This document shows positions 21,758 to 35,000 of a stretch of DNA of 64,000 nucleotides, in pieces (position 1 is the stretch's first letter; each line of letters opens with the position of its first letter). The notes below the pieces were generated by a model. The model was not told the origin of the DNA. It worked only from the letters and a program-made list of their open reading frames with translations, and made no database searches. Both the position numbers and the translations under genes were made by a program. Source of the DNA: Mayamaea pseudoterrestris (Eukaryota); the NCBI GenBank assembly GCA_027923505.1, contig BROI01000002.1, positions 1,054,001 to 1,118,000 of the forward strand. Direction: 5' to 3'.

Positions 21758-23048
21758 ATGACGGACACCAATTTGAACGTATCGGGAATTTCAAGCCTTT
21801 CCAGCTCAGTGGTTGTCGCAGAAGATGAGCCAAGTGATTCTGGTTCTGCCGCTGCCCAGGTAAGGATACCGGTACGCGAGCATTGAACGGATTGAACGAA
21901 CAAGCGGCAGCGACAATGAAACAATGATTGAAGAAAGAAATTCTCACAGCGATTGTTTCCTGAAACATTGCTGCTTTCTCCTTCTCGCATAGTGGAAGAC
22001 GAACAAGGACTCGAACGACGAGGAGTTGGAGAAACGTGTCAAGTATCTCGAGGGTATTCTCGAAGCGTTGACGATGGAGCTGCGGAACGAGGTCAAAGTG
22101 GAGCTCCGTGAGGCCAAGGCGGAGCTGAAAGAAGTCAAGACTGAACGAGACGAGGCCAAGGCGGAGCTGAAAGAAGTCAAGACTGAACGAGACGTGGTCA
22201 AGGCGGAGCTAGACAAGGCCAAGACTGAACGAGAGGAAATGGAATCTGATGTGATCCTGGTTTGCAATGGCTTTTCCAACGAGCTCATTAGCACCAAAAC
22301 TGAGCATTTGATTGAGCTAAAACTACTCAATTCTAAACTGACAGCTTTGCAAGAAGCGTATGAAAAGCTCAAGGCAAAATTGGATGAACCTTTAGATTAT
22401 AACATCAAGTCGTTGGACGTCAAGCTGATGGGTGTCATGCAACTCGAGGTTGATCTCGAAGAAGCTCGACGTGAGCGTGACGAGGCGCGATTCGAGGTCG
22501 GGCGCCGCGACGGTGACATTAACATTTTGAATGCCAAGCTTGCCGAAAAAGAGGCTCTACCGGAAAAGCCAGCCTTCAAGCATTTTCGAAGTCATGTGGT
22601 CAATGCCAAGCTTGAAGCTCTCCTCAAGAAGTCTGAGCTTGAAGACGTTCAGCTCGCCTCGTTCCGCGACTTGAACGTGTTTCTCTTGGATCAGCCTACC
22701 AAGGCTTCGTATGATGCGGCTCTGCTGGATTGGAAAAATTTCGACTTGGTACAGCGCGAGGAATTACTCGACGAGGCACAGCGCGAGTATAACGAAGTCG
22801 TTCGATTGGGCATTAAGGACCATTTGAATATCAGGGCCAGCGAGCTTCGTAGACATCCGCCTGTTGTGTCTTCAATGAATACACTTGTCTTTGGGCCGGC
22901 GAAAGAACTGTCGGCCGCAGACTTGAAACGTTTGGAGAAACAGCGCGCGGCAGCCCTCGAGGAATTTCGTTCTTCAAAGGGGGTTGTTCCCGAGGATTTA
23001 GGGGATCATTTTGGTTCAGAATTTCCTTGCTTGAACATGGAAACTTAA
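21758..23048 (+). CDS. Orphan coiled-coil protein with 14-aa tandem repeats
   Basis: Exon 1 from ATG 21758 (MTDTNLNVSG...AAAQ); phase-0 intron 21860-21992 (alternative donor 21872) joins in frame to the ORF containing 22026-23048; E/K/L heptads. Confidence 0.65.
22110..22235 (+). repeat. Coding tandem repeat, 42 bp x3
   Basis: GAGGCCAAGGCGGAGCTGAAAGAAGTCAAGACTGAACGAGAC is identical at 22110 and 22152, with a diverged third copy at 22194. Confidence 0.92.
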
Positions 23049-23319
23049 TCGTTTAGAATGCAACTTGAAACTGTAATGGTAATTTATCATGGTTGTTTAC
23101 GAAGACCTAACAACTGTTTCTACAATGTTTATACGACGAATTGAGTGCGCCATCATAAAGCGTTTGGCACTTGGTCGATAGTTTTTGAACCATGAGTCGC
23201 ACCATTACTGACAAACCGATGCGACATCCTTGTGTTACATCGCGCGAGAGACGAGGGCGACCATGAGTGAAGACACTGCATCCACACGAACTGACGGCAT
23301 TTGTCACTAAAGAAACACC

Positions 23320-24237
23320 ATGACTCGACTCCAAACAGTCAATCTACTCCTTCTGCCATGTCTTTTGTTTCTGCAATTCCCGCGAACAACGTTTAGCTAT
23401 CCCCTCATTGCAGTGCTGGACGACAACCAAGAGCGCTGCTTTCGCTTCAACGTTCCACTCCATGACGATGCTCATGTAATGGCTGTCGTTTTACCGGGCG
23501 AGGACGAGCTACCTGATCAATCATTGCTGGAAACTTGGTATGTGGACCAATTGCTTACCATGGCCAAAGGAAAGTCGAGCCAGAATCACAATCTGCTGCC
23601 GCTCCAAATGGTGGATGAAATTCCTTCCGACGTGAACGCCAAGCAGTCGCGATACTTGGAGGATCGACAAGGAACGCTACCGGATGTGAGAGTCAGGATT
23701 TCTAATTCTGCCGTCGGTGATGACAGACCAGTATATCAGCATGACGTGAAGGCAACCTACTTTAAGGCAGTCGTTGTCAATCAAGTCGTGCGCATCTTGT
23801 CGGGCAAGGCAGGGTCAGATGCGGACATTACCAGTGAAGACAAGGACATTGCCAGTCTTCATGGCTATGGCTTGTGCTTTCAAAATCCTGACCCTGAATA
23901 CTCGGTTCACATCATCTTTGACATTATACTAGCGAGTGACGACTTGTCCTTGTACGACGAACCTGTCAAGAACAAGAAACCGACGACGGACTTTGACAAG
24001 GATCGTCACTTGACGCCGCTGGAGCGCACGGTTGACATGTCCATCAACGCGGCTCGATCCGTCTTGAGGGAAATGAAGTACATGGAAAAGCGTGAGTCGC
24101 GCATGCGCGTCACGGCGGATAGTATCAATTCGCGGGTACGATGGTTTGGCTACCTGAGCGTTGGAGTATTGCTGCTTGTCACGTATCTGCAGGTTACTTA
24201 CTTGAAACGTTATTTTCACAAGAAGAAACTTATGTAA
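23320..24237 (+). CDS. p24/emp24/gp25L (GOLD domain) cargo receptor, delta-like
   Basis: Signal peptide; ERCF...YGLCFQN GOLD cysteines; EMKYMEKRESRMRVTADSINSRV coiled coil; C-terminal TM followed by YLKRYFHKKKLM dilysine tail. Confidence 0.9.
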   Translation: MTRLQTVNLLLLPCLLFLQFPRTTFSYPLIAVLDDNQERCFRFNVPLHDDAHVMAVVLPGEDELPDQSLLETWYVDQLLTMAKGKSSQNHNLLPLQMVDEIPSDVNAKQSRYLEDRQGTLPDVRVRISNSAVGDDRPVYQHDVKATYFKAVVVNQVVRILSGKAGSDADITSEDKDIASLHGYGLCFQNPDPEYSVHIIFDIILASDDLSLYDEPVKNKKPTTDFDKDRHLTPLERTVDMSINAARSVLREMKYMEKRESRMRVTADSINSRVRWFGYLSVGVLLLVTYLQVTYLKRYFHKKKLM

Positions 24238-24490
24238 AAATAGAGTTTTACTTTATGGTTGTCAAGTATATGTTGTTGTTTGTTGTTATAGTGTGGCGTG
24301 TGTGAGTTGAGTATTTTACAAGCCAAGATTATATACTGTAAGTATTGGTCATTTTTTAGCAGCGTCGGCAACAAGTGATTGTTTCAAAACAATATGCGTC
24401 AACGTATGTATCATATTGCGCGAGTATGTGAGCTGCGTCCCTGTGAGATATACAGCCACTTCTACGGCTGCAAGAGTCGCTCGAACTCGA

Positions 24491-26325
24491 TTACGATTGC
24501 CCAAATCGTCGCAGCACATCGGCTGCGAAAACATCATCTTCAGTCTTGAGCACCGTCCCTTTTTGTGCCGCATACTTTTCCTTTTGACGCTCCCGACAAC
24601 GAACACACTTCGTTGCCAGCACCTTGTCTCCAAATGCTGGCCATGGCCTAAAGTTTTTGCAGCCCTTGCACCACTTGATCTCCAACTCCTTACGTTCCGC
24701 GTCGGGGTCTTCGGATGGTGGCGGACCACTGTTTGACGCCACCACCCATACGGCAACATCGCAAGCCGTGCAAACTCCCTTGTTTTGACGAGGAATAATG
24801 TGCGTCGCTGGTTCCAGCTGACTCTCCACCAAGTCACTTCGCTTGGTGGAACCACGTCCAACCAATGTACTCGACGTCGACGCCCTCGCACGTCCGCACA
24901 TGACGCAATGCTTCATACCAGTCTTTTCATGGGCAGTACTTCCGCTCGTGTTGCTGCGTCCGCGCGCCAAGTAGTCGGGATAGTTGACGAGCAAGTGGAA
25001 ATCTGGCACTTGAACGGAGTCGACTTCCAGGCAACGTTGTCTGTAAGAAAAAGGAGGTGAAGGTGTGAGCACAAAGATCAAGTCGAATGTCACATTCATT
25101 ATCATCTCCAAACTAATTAAGATACATACCGCCAATCAAGTGGAGGATACAAGTACTTTCGCGGGACGCATCGATTCATACTCTGGGCCGCTTCTTGCTC
25201 TCTCCCCTCTTCGTGCTGCTGCCGAACCATTTCCGAATACTCTTCCTCGCTCTTGACCTCGGTCTGTTTCTTTGGCAGCGTCTTCATAGCCTTTGGACTT
25301 GGTGGCTTTTTCACAGTTGCCTTTGCTAAGGTTGCAGCAGGTTTGCCATGTGCTTTTGGTTTTGTAGAGGATTTAGTAGCTGGGCGCACCGTCGAAGCTG
25401 CCTTGCCGGTAGTCTTTGCGGATGTAAATCGCACAGCCGATGGTGGATGCGCCGGATGCTGCTGCGGCGGTGGTGGCATGTATGGAGAATGAGCGTACAT
25501 GACATGAGGATGCATGCCGTAGGGATATGGAGAAGCATAAAAGGCATGCGCGAAGGAGTAGGGCGGTCCATATGGCATGGGAGGATAGCCTTGCTGCTGC
25601 TGTTCGGCTGCACTGGTTGGGGGAGAAAACAGGCAATGGGGAGGACCATGGGAAAACATATTGTAGCCGTGCTGATTCTTGGAATGAAAGTCTTTGCTTG
25701 CTTTTGCTTCGTCTTCCTCCGACGAATCGTCGTCTGGCTTGGTTTCAACAGGTGAAATGATCCGCTTTGGTTCGCCGCCGACCAAATCTCCGTCCATGGC
25801 GAGAGCAGCAATTGCATGCTCTGCAATATTATTATTGTTATTATTATTGTCCGTCGGCCGACCTCGCTTCGGTGATGGAAGACGATTATCTGCGTCCAGT
25901 GATGAATCCGCTTCTGGTAGAGGTGCATGTCGTTTGCTGCCGTTACTTCCAGTGATATTCGCATGATCCACTGCTGGTCGCTCCGCACTGACGGCCCGCC
26001 GCGTTGCTTGGCCTCCGCTATTACTAGCGCGAGGAGGCGTCGATGGAGTCGAAGTGACGGAGGAAGATGATGGACTGGACGCATGCTCAGCCGCTCGCTC
26101 GGCAAGGGAAAGCAGCAAGTCGGCGTCGCCGCTGCTTTCGAGACGCGGCGGCGGAGAATTGCACTGCCGCACCTCCGTCATGCTACCGCTATTTGCGTCC
26201 TGCATCGACATGCGATTCGACTGCAGTTGCACCTCTGCTGCAGGAACAATAATAGCAAGTCGCGCTGCTGTAATCGTCGGCTGCTTGTTCGAATAAATAT
26301 TTGGAGAGGGATGGCGAGATCTCAT
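24491..26325 (-). CDS. Low-complexity protein with a C-terminal Cys-rich (SBP-like) zinc-binding domain; putative transcription factor
   Basis: Intron 25129-25041 joins the two ORFs (DWR-QRC). HCVMCG...CTACD...KWCKGCKNFRPWPAFGDKVLATKCVRCRERQKEKY; Pro/Tyr/His-rich and Asn-run N-terminal half. Start at 26325 or 26211. Confidence 0.75.
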
Positions 26326-26924
26326 TCAACCGAAGCGCCAAACTAATTAGGCGATTCGAGCACCGCTGGCGCTAGACTCAAATTTTTGCTTCTTAATTGT
26401 CGAGGAAAACGAACGCCGCTGCTGGAGAAGGACTTTATTCTCAACGCCCGAAATGGAGGTGCCAGCGATCGCGAGTCATCTGGCGAGCGAGCGATGGAAC
26501 CGACAAGCGTCCGTTGAGGATGGAGGCACACAAACTTTTTCCGAATCAACGACAGCCAATCGATTTCGAAGAGCTTCGTGCAATACAAGGTGGTTGCGCT
26601 TTTCCTTTCGATTTCGAATGCGTCAGCCGAAAAGTCATCCACGAATCACAATGGTCGTGCGTAAAAACGTCAAAGTCATGGCATTACTGTACAGTATATT
26701 ACATAGTGCCCCGTTCTTGTCAGCTATCATATCGATACATAGATTATACTACTACTTTTTTAATTTTTAGATGCTTGGTATACGGCCAAACTTTTTCTCT
26801 TTGCGACAATGTAACAATGCCGTTTTATTGCAATCATTACAGCACTACCAGTCCAGTGGAACATGCACTTGAACTGCGACGAAGCATTCAGTAGATGCTG
26901 TTGCACAACCTAACGTAATTTCAT

Positions 26925-28503
26925 TCAACTTTGTTCATCCACTACACAATCGTCAACCTCACGAAAATGACGAAAGAATCCTTTGAACAGCTCGACACCA
27001 TGCGTCAAGTCGGCAATGCCCATGACTTCGCGACAACTATGCATGGAAAGCTGCGGCATGCCTGCATCCACTGTTCGAATTCCCGTCAAGGCGGAAATGG
27101 TTGGCCCAATGGTGCTTCCGCATGGGCAGTCATTGCGGACTGTATAGATGGAGAAGAAAAACGTACAGTATGGGTTAAGTTATGCACAACGGATCGCACA
27201 CCGCGCATACTCTTTCAAACATACCACAAAACTCTTGAATAGGCACATCCGCCTTGCGAGCAACTTCGCGCAACATAAAACCAGTCGTCGAGTTGGTGGT
27301 GTATCGCTGGTTGCTGTTTGTTTTGATGACGACGCCGTGATTCATGAGCGGCGAGTGCTGGGCGTCATGCTTGGAAGCATAATTGGGATGCAAAGCATGG
27401 GCCTGGTCAATGGAAAGAATAAAACTCTTCGCAATCGTGTCGGCATACAAGTCGGGCGAGTCATTTTTTGTGTCGTGGAAGCAAGCACCCAAACGACGAA
27501 CAGCTTCCTCAATGACGGGTGAACCAGCGCCATGTGAGGACACAGATCCAACCTCCTCGTGATCAAAAAAGCACATCATGTTAACATCCGTCGACGACTC
27601 TACCAAGCCCATGGTTTCGCCGTCGACCATGGCTTCCACAGCGGCAAATACAGTCGCCAAGTTGTCCAGTCGGCCCGAGTACAAAAATTCTTGGCCCAGG
27701 CCACCAATCGAAGCTGGCTGGGTATCGTAAAGATTCAGCTCAAAGTCGGCAATATCGTTGACGTTGCATCCAAGTTCCTGGGCGAGCCGGGTTAACAACA
27801 GAGGCTCCTGACCTGCAAGCCAAGCGTTGCTGGTAACGCCTCCAGTAAGTTGCTCTTGAATCTCTTGCTCAAGTTCCTCGCTGCCACTCTCGCTTGGCTT
27901 GGCTTGCTCCATGCCAATAATGGGACTGGTATGATCTTCCTTGTTCACTTTGAAAGCAAGCCGTTCCTCGGGCGACTGCAAGTGAATGCAAAGGGTGGAC
28001 ACTCGTGCGACGGGGTCCTTTAGCTGCACCAGCTTGTGACGAATCTTCGAGTCAGCGTCGCGCACCAAAACCTTGCCGGAAATACTCAAATCGCGGTCAA
28101 AGAAGGTATGCCATAGTCCACCTCCGTAGCATTCGACACCGAGTTGAATAGTTCCTGCTTTGGGCGTCTTTTTTGTCTTGGGTTTAACCTTCAAAGTAGG
28201 ACTGTCCGTGTGACCACCAATAATCAAAAAGCCGCCCTTGCCAGCCTCGTACTGCTTACCAACGGTAAAGGCAACAAGCGTCGAATGATGAACCGTGTAA
28301 TAGTACTTGCCGCCCTTTTCAATACTCTGCGATTGGAAAGATTTGTTTTGGACGCGAGTAAACCCAGCAGACTCAAGTTTTGTGATGGCGGCTCGAACGG
28401 CGTGAAAGGGATCCGTCGCGGACGTAAGAAAAGCGCATGCACGCTCCGCCAGCGGCAAGTGGCGAGCATATGAGCTGACTACAGCTGTAGTCGTAGGAGA
28501 CAT
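26925..28503 (-). CDS. DNPEP: Aspartyl aminopeptidase (peptidase M18)
   Basis: [63 protein letters not shown]. Intron 27224-27140 gives [13 protein letters not shown]...QLSMHSCRE; stop at 26925. Confidence 0.95.
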
Positions 28504-29167
28504 TCTAATAGTGTGTTTCAAGGCTGCGTTGTAATTGACGGAGAACGAAGGAGGCAGGAGGTACGAATTGTGGTCGACAGCTCGATAGCGAAATCGAATC
28601 AGGTTTGGATGTCTTCCCAATATCGCAGCGGTTAACAAGGCTAGCTATCGTATTAGTCACAAGAAAGATCTGTCTTGATTCCAAATGCTTTTGCTAGCAG
28701 TTGCTGGTGCTAATGCAAGCGTCGAAACCATGAGGCCTCGATTAGCAGGCTAGTAGTTAATCGGCACGTACACTTTGACCGACGTGTCCGGCGAATGTTG
28801 GAAATGAAGTGGCGAAGCTAAGCCGAACTGGTTGTGTCGATGAGCGATTGCGATCTCAAGTAGGTGAACAACCATTTAGAATCGTTGGTGCGTAGGCTTG
28901 CCTCCGCGACTCTCAGTTTACTTTAGCAAGCAAATTGTAGCTTGCTGATTGTTCGTGGCACCATGCAGTCACTTGCGTTGTGCCGTTCCTATGCGGCGTC
29001 AGCTGCATTGTAGAATCTGGGGATGTAACTGATTTTACGCCGCTCCGCCATCAATTGAAACAACGAAGGAATCGATCCCAACTGGCCGCTCAAAATCGCG
29101 AATCACGTCGGACGTAAAACTGAGCGAAACTAAGGGCGGAACGATCCAGCATCTATAAAATCCAGAT

Positions 29168-30988
29168 TCAGGCACTCGCTGGGTGACGAGTCGCCAGCTG
29201 CTGGTAGCTGCCTGAGACAGATCGTTGATAATGCGCAACGACGATGCGATCATGCACTGCTTTCCCCGTGTGATCTGCTGGCAAGAGTAGAGGAGCAATT
29301 GCACCAACCAAAAGTGTCAGCGCTGCCACCAGAAGGAGTCGCACGGGCTGCCGGAGAAGCGCGCCATTAATAAATTGCGCCAGCATTGCTCCGATTCGTC
29401 CCGACGCTGTGCAAACGCCCATGCCCGACGCTCTCACCACGGTTGGAAATAGTTCACCTGTCAGTACGTCAACCGAATTCCACGCTGATATGGAAAAGCA
29501 CTGAAACAAGCAGGCCGCTGTTACTATAATGCGAGCTCGCTTATGCGATTTGTCGATTACAATCTCGTCTCCTTCTGTTGCCATCGTTGCTTGATCAGTG
29601 TCTGACATAAATACGGCTTGTGCAAAAACCAGGAGCGACGCACTCGCCAGGAGTATACTTCCAATCAACAATTTAGTTCGTCCAACTCGATCCATAAGGA
29701 TTGCCGAAAACAGATTGCCCGGAAGGTTGGCCAGGGCGAACAATAGAGCATTACGATAGATATTGTTTAAGTGAATCTGCACAAAAAGTGTATTGATCCA
29801 AGTCAACAAACCATAGCTACCAAATGATAAGCTGAACCAAATCACTTGTAAAAGCATTGTTGTACGTCGGAGTGATGACTGTGTATATAATTGAGTGACT
29901 GATTCGAAAAAGTCCGAGCAAGTTGACTGGATAAACTCGCCAAAAGTTTGATCCGTCGGCTGAGTCGCGACGTACCCCCTGACGGACAGGTACTGCTTGT
30001 TGCATTCGTGCTCTGATGATTGTTGCGTATGTATGTTTTCAAGCAATATGTCATGCTCCCGCAACTCTTGCTCGGTCATTGCATCGAGACGCGACCCCAT
30101 GCAATCCGCCAGATAGTTGGCTATTGCAGCCGCTCGGTCATATCGGCCATGCAGCAATAGAAACCTCGGACTCTCGGTCACAAACAAGTACACCATGAGC
30201 CATCCAAGGGCACTCGGCAATGAGCATGCCAGAACAAACAATCGCCAGGAATACCCATAGACTTGCAGCACGACCCAGCCGACGATGGCTACGTAAATGC
30301 TTCCCACCATCCAAAAGCTTGCGCAGACGGAAACCCAAAATCCTCGATCCCGTGCGGATGGTAGCTCACTGCATAGCGTAAAAAGTGGAGGAACCGTCGC
30401 TCCAATACCAATTCCCGCAAAGAATCGTACCAGGCACAGGAAATATAAATGCGGCGAACAAGCCGATAGTATGCCTGCCCCGCAGTTGATCGCCAATCCA
30501 ATCAGCAGCATCGGTCGCCGACCTCGATAGTCTCCAAGTGACCCAACTAAAAGTCCTCCCAATAGCATGCCGCCAAAGACAGTAGCCGCCAAAACACCGG
30601 CGCCATGCGAGTGTAGAATTTGTGATTGAAAGTCTGGCAGCGACAAGACATAGCTAATGCAAAGGATTTCAGAAGCGTCGGAAGAGTTCGCCACGCCAAG
30701 TGACAAAAATATGAGACAATACCGCCATGGAGTCGTCTTGTTTGTAGGTAATTGTCCCGATGCCGACGATGAAGGTGATGAAGAGGATGCTGCAATAAAA
30801 TCATCAAGTGATCGAGGATAGCCGAAAGGCGTACGTTGCTGATTCGTATCACTGTCACTGCTGCTTCGACGTTCCGAAGTGGCGCTTAGTGAATCTTCGG
30901 TAATGTCAGGATCCATGGTTCGTCGTAATCGTAACGGACCTGTACAAGTAGCGAGAGGCATGACCGTCGGTCGTCCCATGGTCATCAT
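29168..30988 (-). CDS. MFS transporter, SV2/SVOP-like
   Basis: GSLGDYRGRRP and MDRVGRTK MFS motif A in both halves, ELPSARDRG, ESPRFLL, ELFPTVVRASGMG; about 12 TM segments. Confidence 0.9.
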   Translation of the reverse strand: MMTMGRPTVMPLATCTGPLRLRRTMDPDITEDSLSATSERRSSSDSDTNQQRTPFGYPRSLDDFIAASSSSPSSSASGQLPTNKTTPWRYCLIFLSLGVANSSDASEILCISYVLSLPDFQSQILHSHGAGVLAATVFGGMLLGGLLVGSLGDYRGRRPMLLIGLAINCGAGILSACSPHLYFLCLVRFFAGIGIGATVPPLFTLCSELPSARDRGFWVSVCASFWMVGSIYVAIVGWVVLQVYGYSWRLFVLACSLPSALGWLMVYLFVTESPRFLLLHGRYDRAAAIANYLADCMGSRLDAMTEQELREHDILLENIHTQQSSEHECNKQYLSVRGYVATQPTDQTFGEFIQSTCSDFFESVTQLYTQSSLRRTTMLLQVIWFSLSFGSYGLLTWINTLFVQIHLNNIYRNALLFALANLPGNLFSAILMDRVGRTKLLIGSILLASASLLVFAQAVFMSDTDQATMATEGDEIVIDKSHKRARIIVTAACLFQCFSISAWNSVDVLTGELFPTVVRASGMGVCTASGRIGAMLAQFINGALLRQPVRLLLVAALTLLVGAIAPLLLPADHTGKAVHDRIVVAHYQRSVSGSYQQLATRHPASA

Positions 30989-32052
30989 GGTCGACGTTTC
31001 GTCACGACGTATGCGTCGTCGCAGTGTTATCAAATCTTAGCTATGGTGTAACAGCCTGAGTTTCTTACTTCATTGTCATTGCCTGAACACGTATCTATTA
31101 ATAACTCACCGAAGAAGTAACTCCACTGCTCGTGCTAGGATATACAATACTATACAGCGTTTACATTCCATTTGCCCTTCGCATACTATATAGTTGCCTT
31201 TCAAGCTCAACCTCTGCATTTGGTGCCAGGACCCAAATATGGCAAACTTCCGAGCCGAGTAGCGCTGTTCGCCAGCTTTCAAAAGGCGACTCTGCGCTGC
31301 TGACTCTCGGATGCTTGAGCGCGTTTCAGCGATGTTGAAACGTTGTTTTCTCGTCGAGCTGGATGCGTACTATCTCTGAGGGGGCATGTGACTGCTACAC
31401 TGCTACGTCCTATTGGGCACCAGTAACTCCATCTGCAAGATGCATGACACATGTCGCAGTTGCATACAAAGCAATGACGATCTGAAGTCTGGAAAGAAAA
31501 CGATTCGCAGTGCAAGTAGATGGAGCCTACCGGTAGGCGCAAGCGATTCATCAGCAGAGCAAGGTGTACTGCTTGCGAAAAAGCTGATCGTATCAATTGC
31601 GAATAGTTCGCCGCCAAACAGATGCGTCACCGCTCAGCGACGCTTCGTCATGATAGACGCGTTGTCGACGTATGACGAAAAAGGAGGCCGTAATGCCGCT
31701 ACGTAGCGTCCGTTTATGTGTCAGTTCTGTCTCGACTTTCCGCATTGGAAGCAACGGAATTCGAGCGGCTGGTCTCGTACAGCTGCTTATTGATAAGACA
31801 ATTGCGAGCGCGAGCTGTGCAGCGTTGTACAGCAATCAAAGAGGAGTGTTCCTTGTGACAGCAACAGTCGCTTCTACTTTCGTTGATACTTACTTGTTAG
31901 CGCATGCTAATACTTTTCAAGCGCACATGCATAAACGTGTCAATATTCTTGTTATGATCTTTGTCGTTTATAGTCCTGTATGTATGGCTTGGGAAGAGAA
32001 CGAGATTAACCACATTACCTAGCTTACCGTCAGATAGCTACTACTAGCTATC

Positions 32053-35000
32053 ATGAAAGAAAAGGTTGAAGATAAAGTATCCACGGACGTCGGACAGGCG
32101 ACCATGGCGATTCCTGCCGTCGCTGATGCAAGTCATTTTCTCTTCGCCTTGTACACTGCTTTGTTTCTTTTATTCTATACTCTTGGTGTCATGTTTGGAG
32201 GACTAGAGATAAAGAGCGCCGCATCTACAGCTAAAGGAAAAAACAAGGATACCGAAGCAGCCTTGAGTAGCGACGCATCATCATCCTCGGCGACTGCACC
32301 TTCCTCGGCCTTTGGTTTTTTAAATAGCAGCAATGGAACGAGTACTGCTCCTGCACCGAGCGCGTTCTCCTTCATGAGTGAAGCAGACGAAAGCAGCCCT
32401 GTTACAGATGTAATGATTGCGATTGCTAGTGAAAGTGTTGAAACTGGAGGAGCAACTGCTGAAGGAGGAGCTTCGGCAGCATCGGCCTTCTCCTTTCTGT
32501 CATCTACCACGGAGCCAGCTGCAGCAGAAGCAAAACGTACGAGGAATGCAGCAAAGGAGTTTTCGTCAGATGAAGCTGCCTCTTCTGCCGGTTTTGGATT
32601 TTTGACGTCTTCAGCGACAAACATTCCGAGCCCGACCGAAACATCGAATGCGAACAACGATTCCATACCTCCACCACCTCCTCCAGCGGAAGACTTGCTC
32701 TCATCACCTACGATATCGTCGTCCTCATTTTCTGGAGCACCAGTGTTGGGATCTAGTATTGTTTTTGGACAGCAGGCAGTGGGCGGCAACAGTAAGACAA
32801 TAATTAAGCGAAGAAATCGTACAAACAAGATTGGACAAGGAACGCCAGCAGTTTCTTCGACAGGACTTCCCGAGCCAGCCGCAGTGACATTACCAGCACC
32901 GTCCTCTCTGGCGGATAATAATCAGCATATATTCAAATCTACCAGCAAGTCGAACATTTTAACAGCTGCGGAACAAGCGACGCAACGAGCTGAGCAATTT
33001 TTGCAAGCTGCGCAAACGACTACTGGTAGCAATGATCACGACATTGAAGATGATGACCGCAGTAGGTCCATTCGTTCTGTTCCATCCGATGATTCAGTAT
33101 TGCAAAAGGCAAAAGCAGCTGCCATGGAAGCGCAGGAAAAGATCATGGCCGACTCTGCTTCATCATCCAATGCATCGACTGGGAACAAGTACTTTGCCAG
33201 TCGAATTGGAGGACTGTTTCGACCACGCCAGAGTGAATCCGGATCGTCCGCCAACAGCAGTAGTCATGGAATTGGTACTAGCAATGGAAGTCATAATTTA
33301 AGGTCCAGCAGTTCGGCGTCAAGCATGGAATCTGGCGTTCATCACAAGCATCAGCAATCAGCAGTGCCTCGGTCCATTCTTCCACCGACGCAGCAGCAGC
33401 GCAAGCCGCCAATGGACGAGACCTCTAAGAGATCCGACAACATTATTGGTGCCGGAAGCATGAATTTTGTGCCGCCGCCAGTTCCCGACTTGGACCGCGC
33501 CATTTCTGCTCCTATCAATCTACAACCCCTATCGGCTCCGCACACGCCAGATCCATACGGTAATGCAATGGCCACCGCTCTAGCTCCGATACCAGCTCGC
33601 AGAAGACTCAAGACACCGACGGACCGCTTCCACGATATGCTGCAGGAATTCCGTGACAAGGTGATATCGTACATGGACCAAATTACGCGACTTCGTCAGC
33701 ATCGCTCTGGCCTGTTGGAAGAACGTTTTGTGACACTTGCGAAGGAACGTCTGGTTGTGCAGCAGATTCAGGCAGCTCAAGCGCAGCAGCAACTCGCGGC
33801 TGAGCAGGAAGATTTTGATTTGGCGGAGCTGCTGCAGACGGTGATACGAAACCATGAGCGCGAGCGCATCGAACTTGCAACAGTTCGTGACAGTATTGCC
33901 CAGGCGTTGGAGCAAGTTGACGACCAGCGACAACACATCATTGACGCCGTCACTATGGAGTTTTCTCGTATTCAATTGAAATTGGAGGAGTTTGAAAAGG
34001 AGCAAAACAGTCTAGAGTGCACACACGCGGCGGAACATGTGGCCAAGTTTACCATTGTGGCGAAGCAGCTCAGCACTGAGCAGGAGAGACTTAACCACGA
34101 TTTGAAGCATTTAGAACGAGACGCTAAGCTTGTGACGGAGGAGCGCAAGGAGTTAGAAGCGGCCATCTCGGAGCAAACAAGTGAGATTGAATTGATGCGA
34201 GATGACGCCAAGGTTAAACTCAAGACTGTACAGGAGGAGATCGAGGAACTGCGTAGGCAACTGGCCGCGAAGCAACAGACTGCTGCACAATTACGTACCG
34301 AGGCGGCTGGCCATGAGGAGGCAATCTTAAAGGTGCGCGTCAAGTTTGCTCGACAGCTTACGCGCGTGCAGCGGAAGGAAATGTCTGTCAAGGATGCCAG
34401 AGAAGAGTGGGAACAAGAGAAACAAACGTACGACCGAAACAAGGAAGAGCATGATAGGAAAATGACGGAGCATTCTGAGCAATTGCTGGCACAAGAGCAA
34501 CTGCGAGCGTCGCTCAGCAAGGAGATGGAACTGGCCGAAACATTTGGTGAAATAATTGCCAAGGAGGTCGGCCTTGGCTTCGTATCTAGTGATGACGAAG
34601 TCGAGAATGGTGACTTGGCGCAAATGCATACCGAAGTGGTGAAGTGTGAGGCGGCTGTAAGCGAGGCTAAGACAGTACTCAAAACTACTTCGGCAACCTT
34701 GAGCAACATGGAAGACGAGATCAAGACACTTGAAACGCGAATTCCCTTGCTAGAAGAGACCAAGAAGGAATGTGCAGCGAAGCGAGACTTCAAGGGTGCC
34801 GGCGTTGCCTCGAAGGAGATTAAAGAGGCGATTAGTCGTGTCAACGAATGTCGCGATGCCATTGACGACGTTCGCGCACGCCAAGTTTCGTCGGAGGAGA
34901 TTGTCGTGCAACTTGAGGAAGAACTTGCAGGAAAGCGTCTCATTGCACAGGAGTACGAGCTTGAAACGAACTTGGCTGTGATGGACCGTCTCGCTGATAA

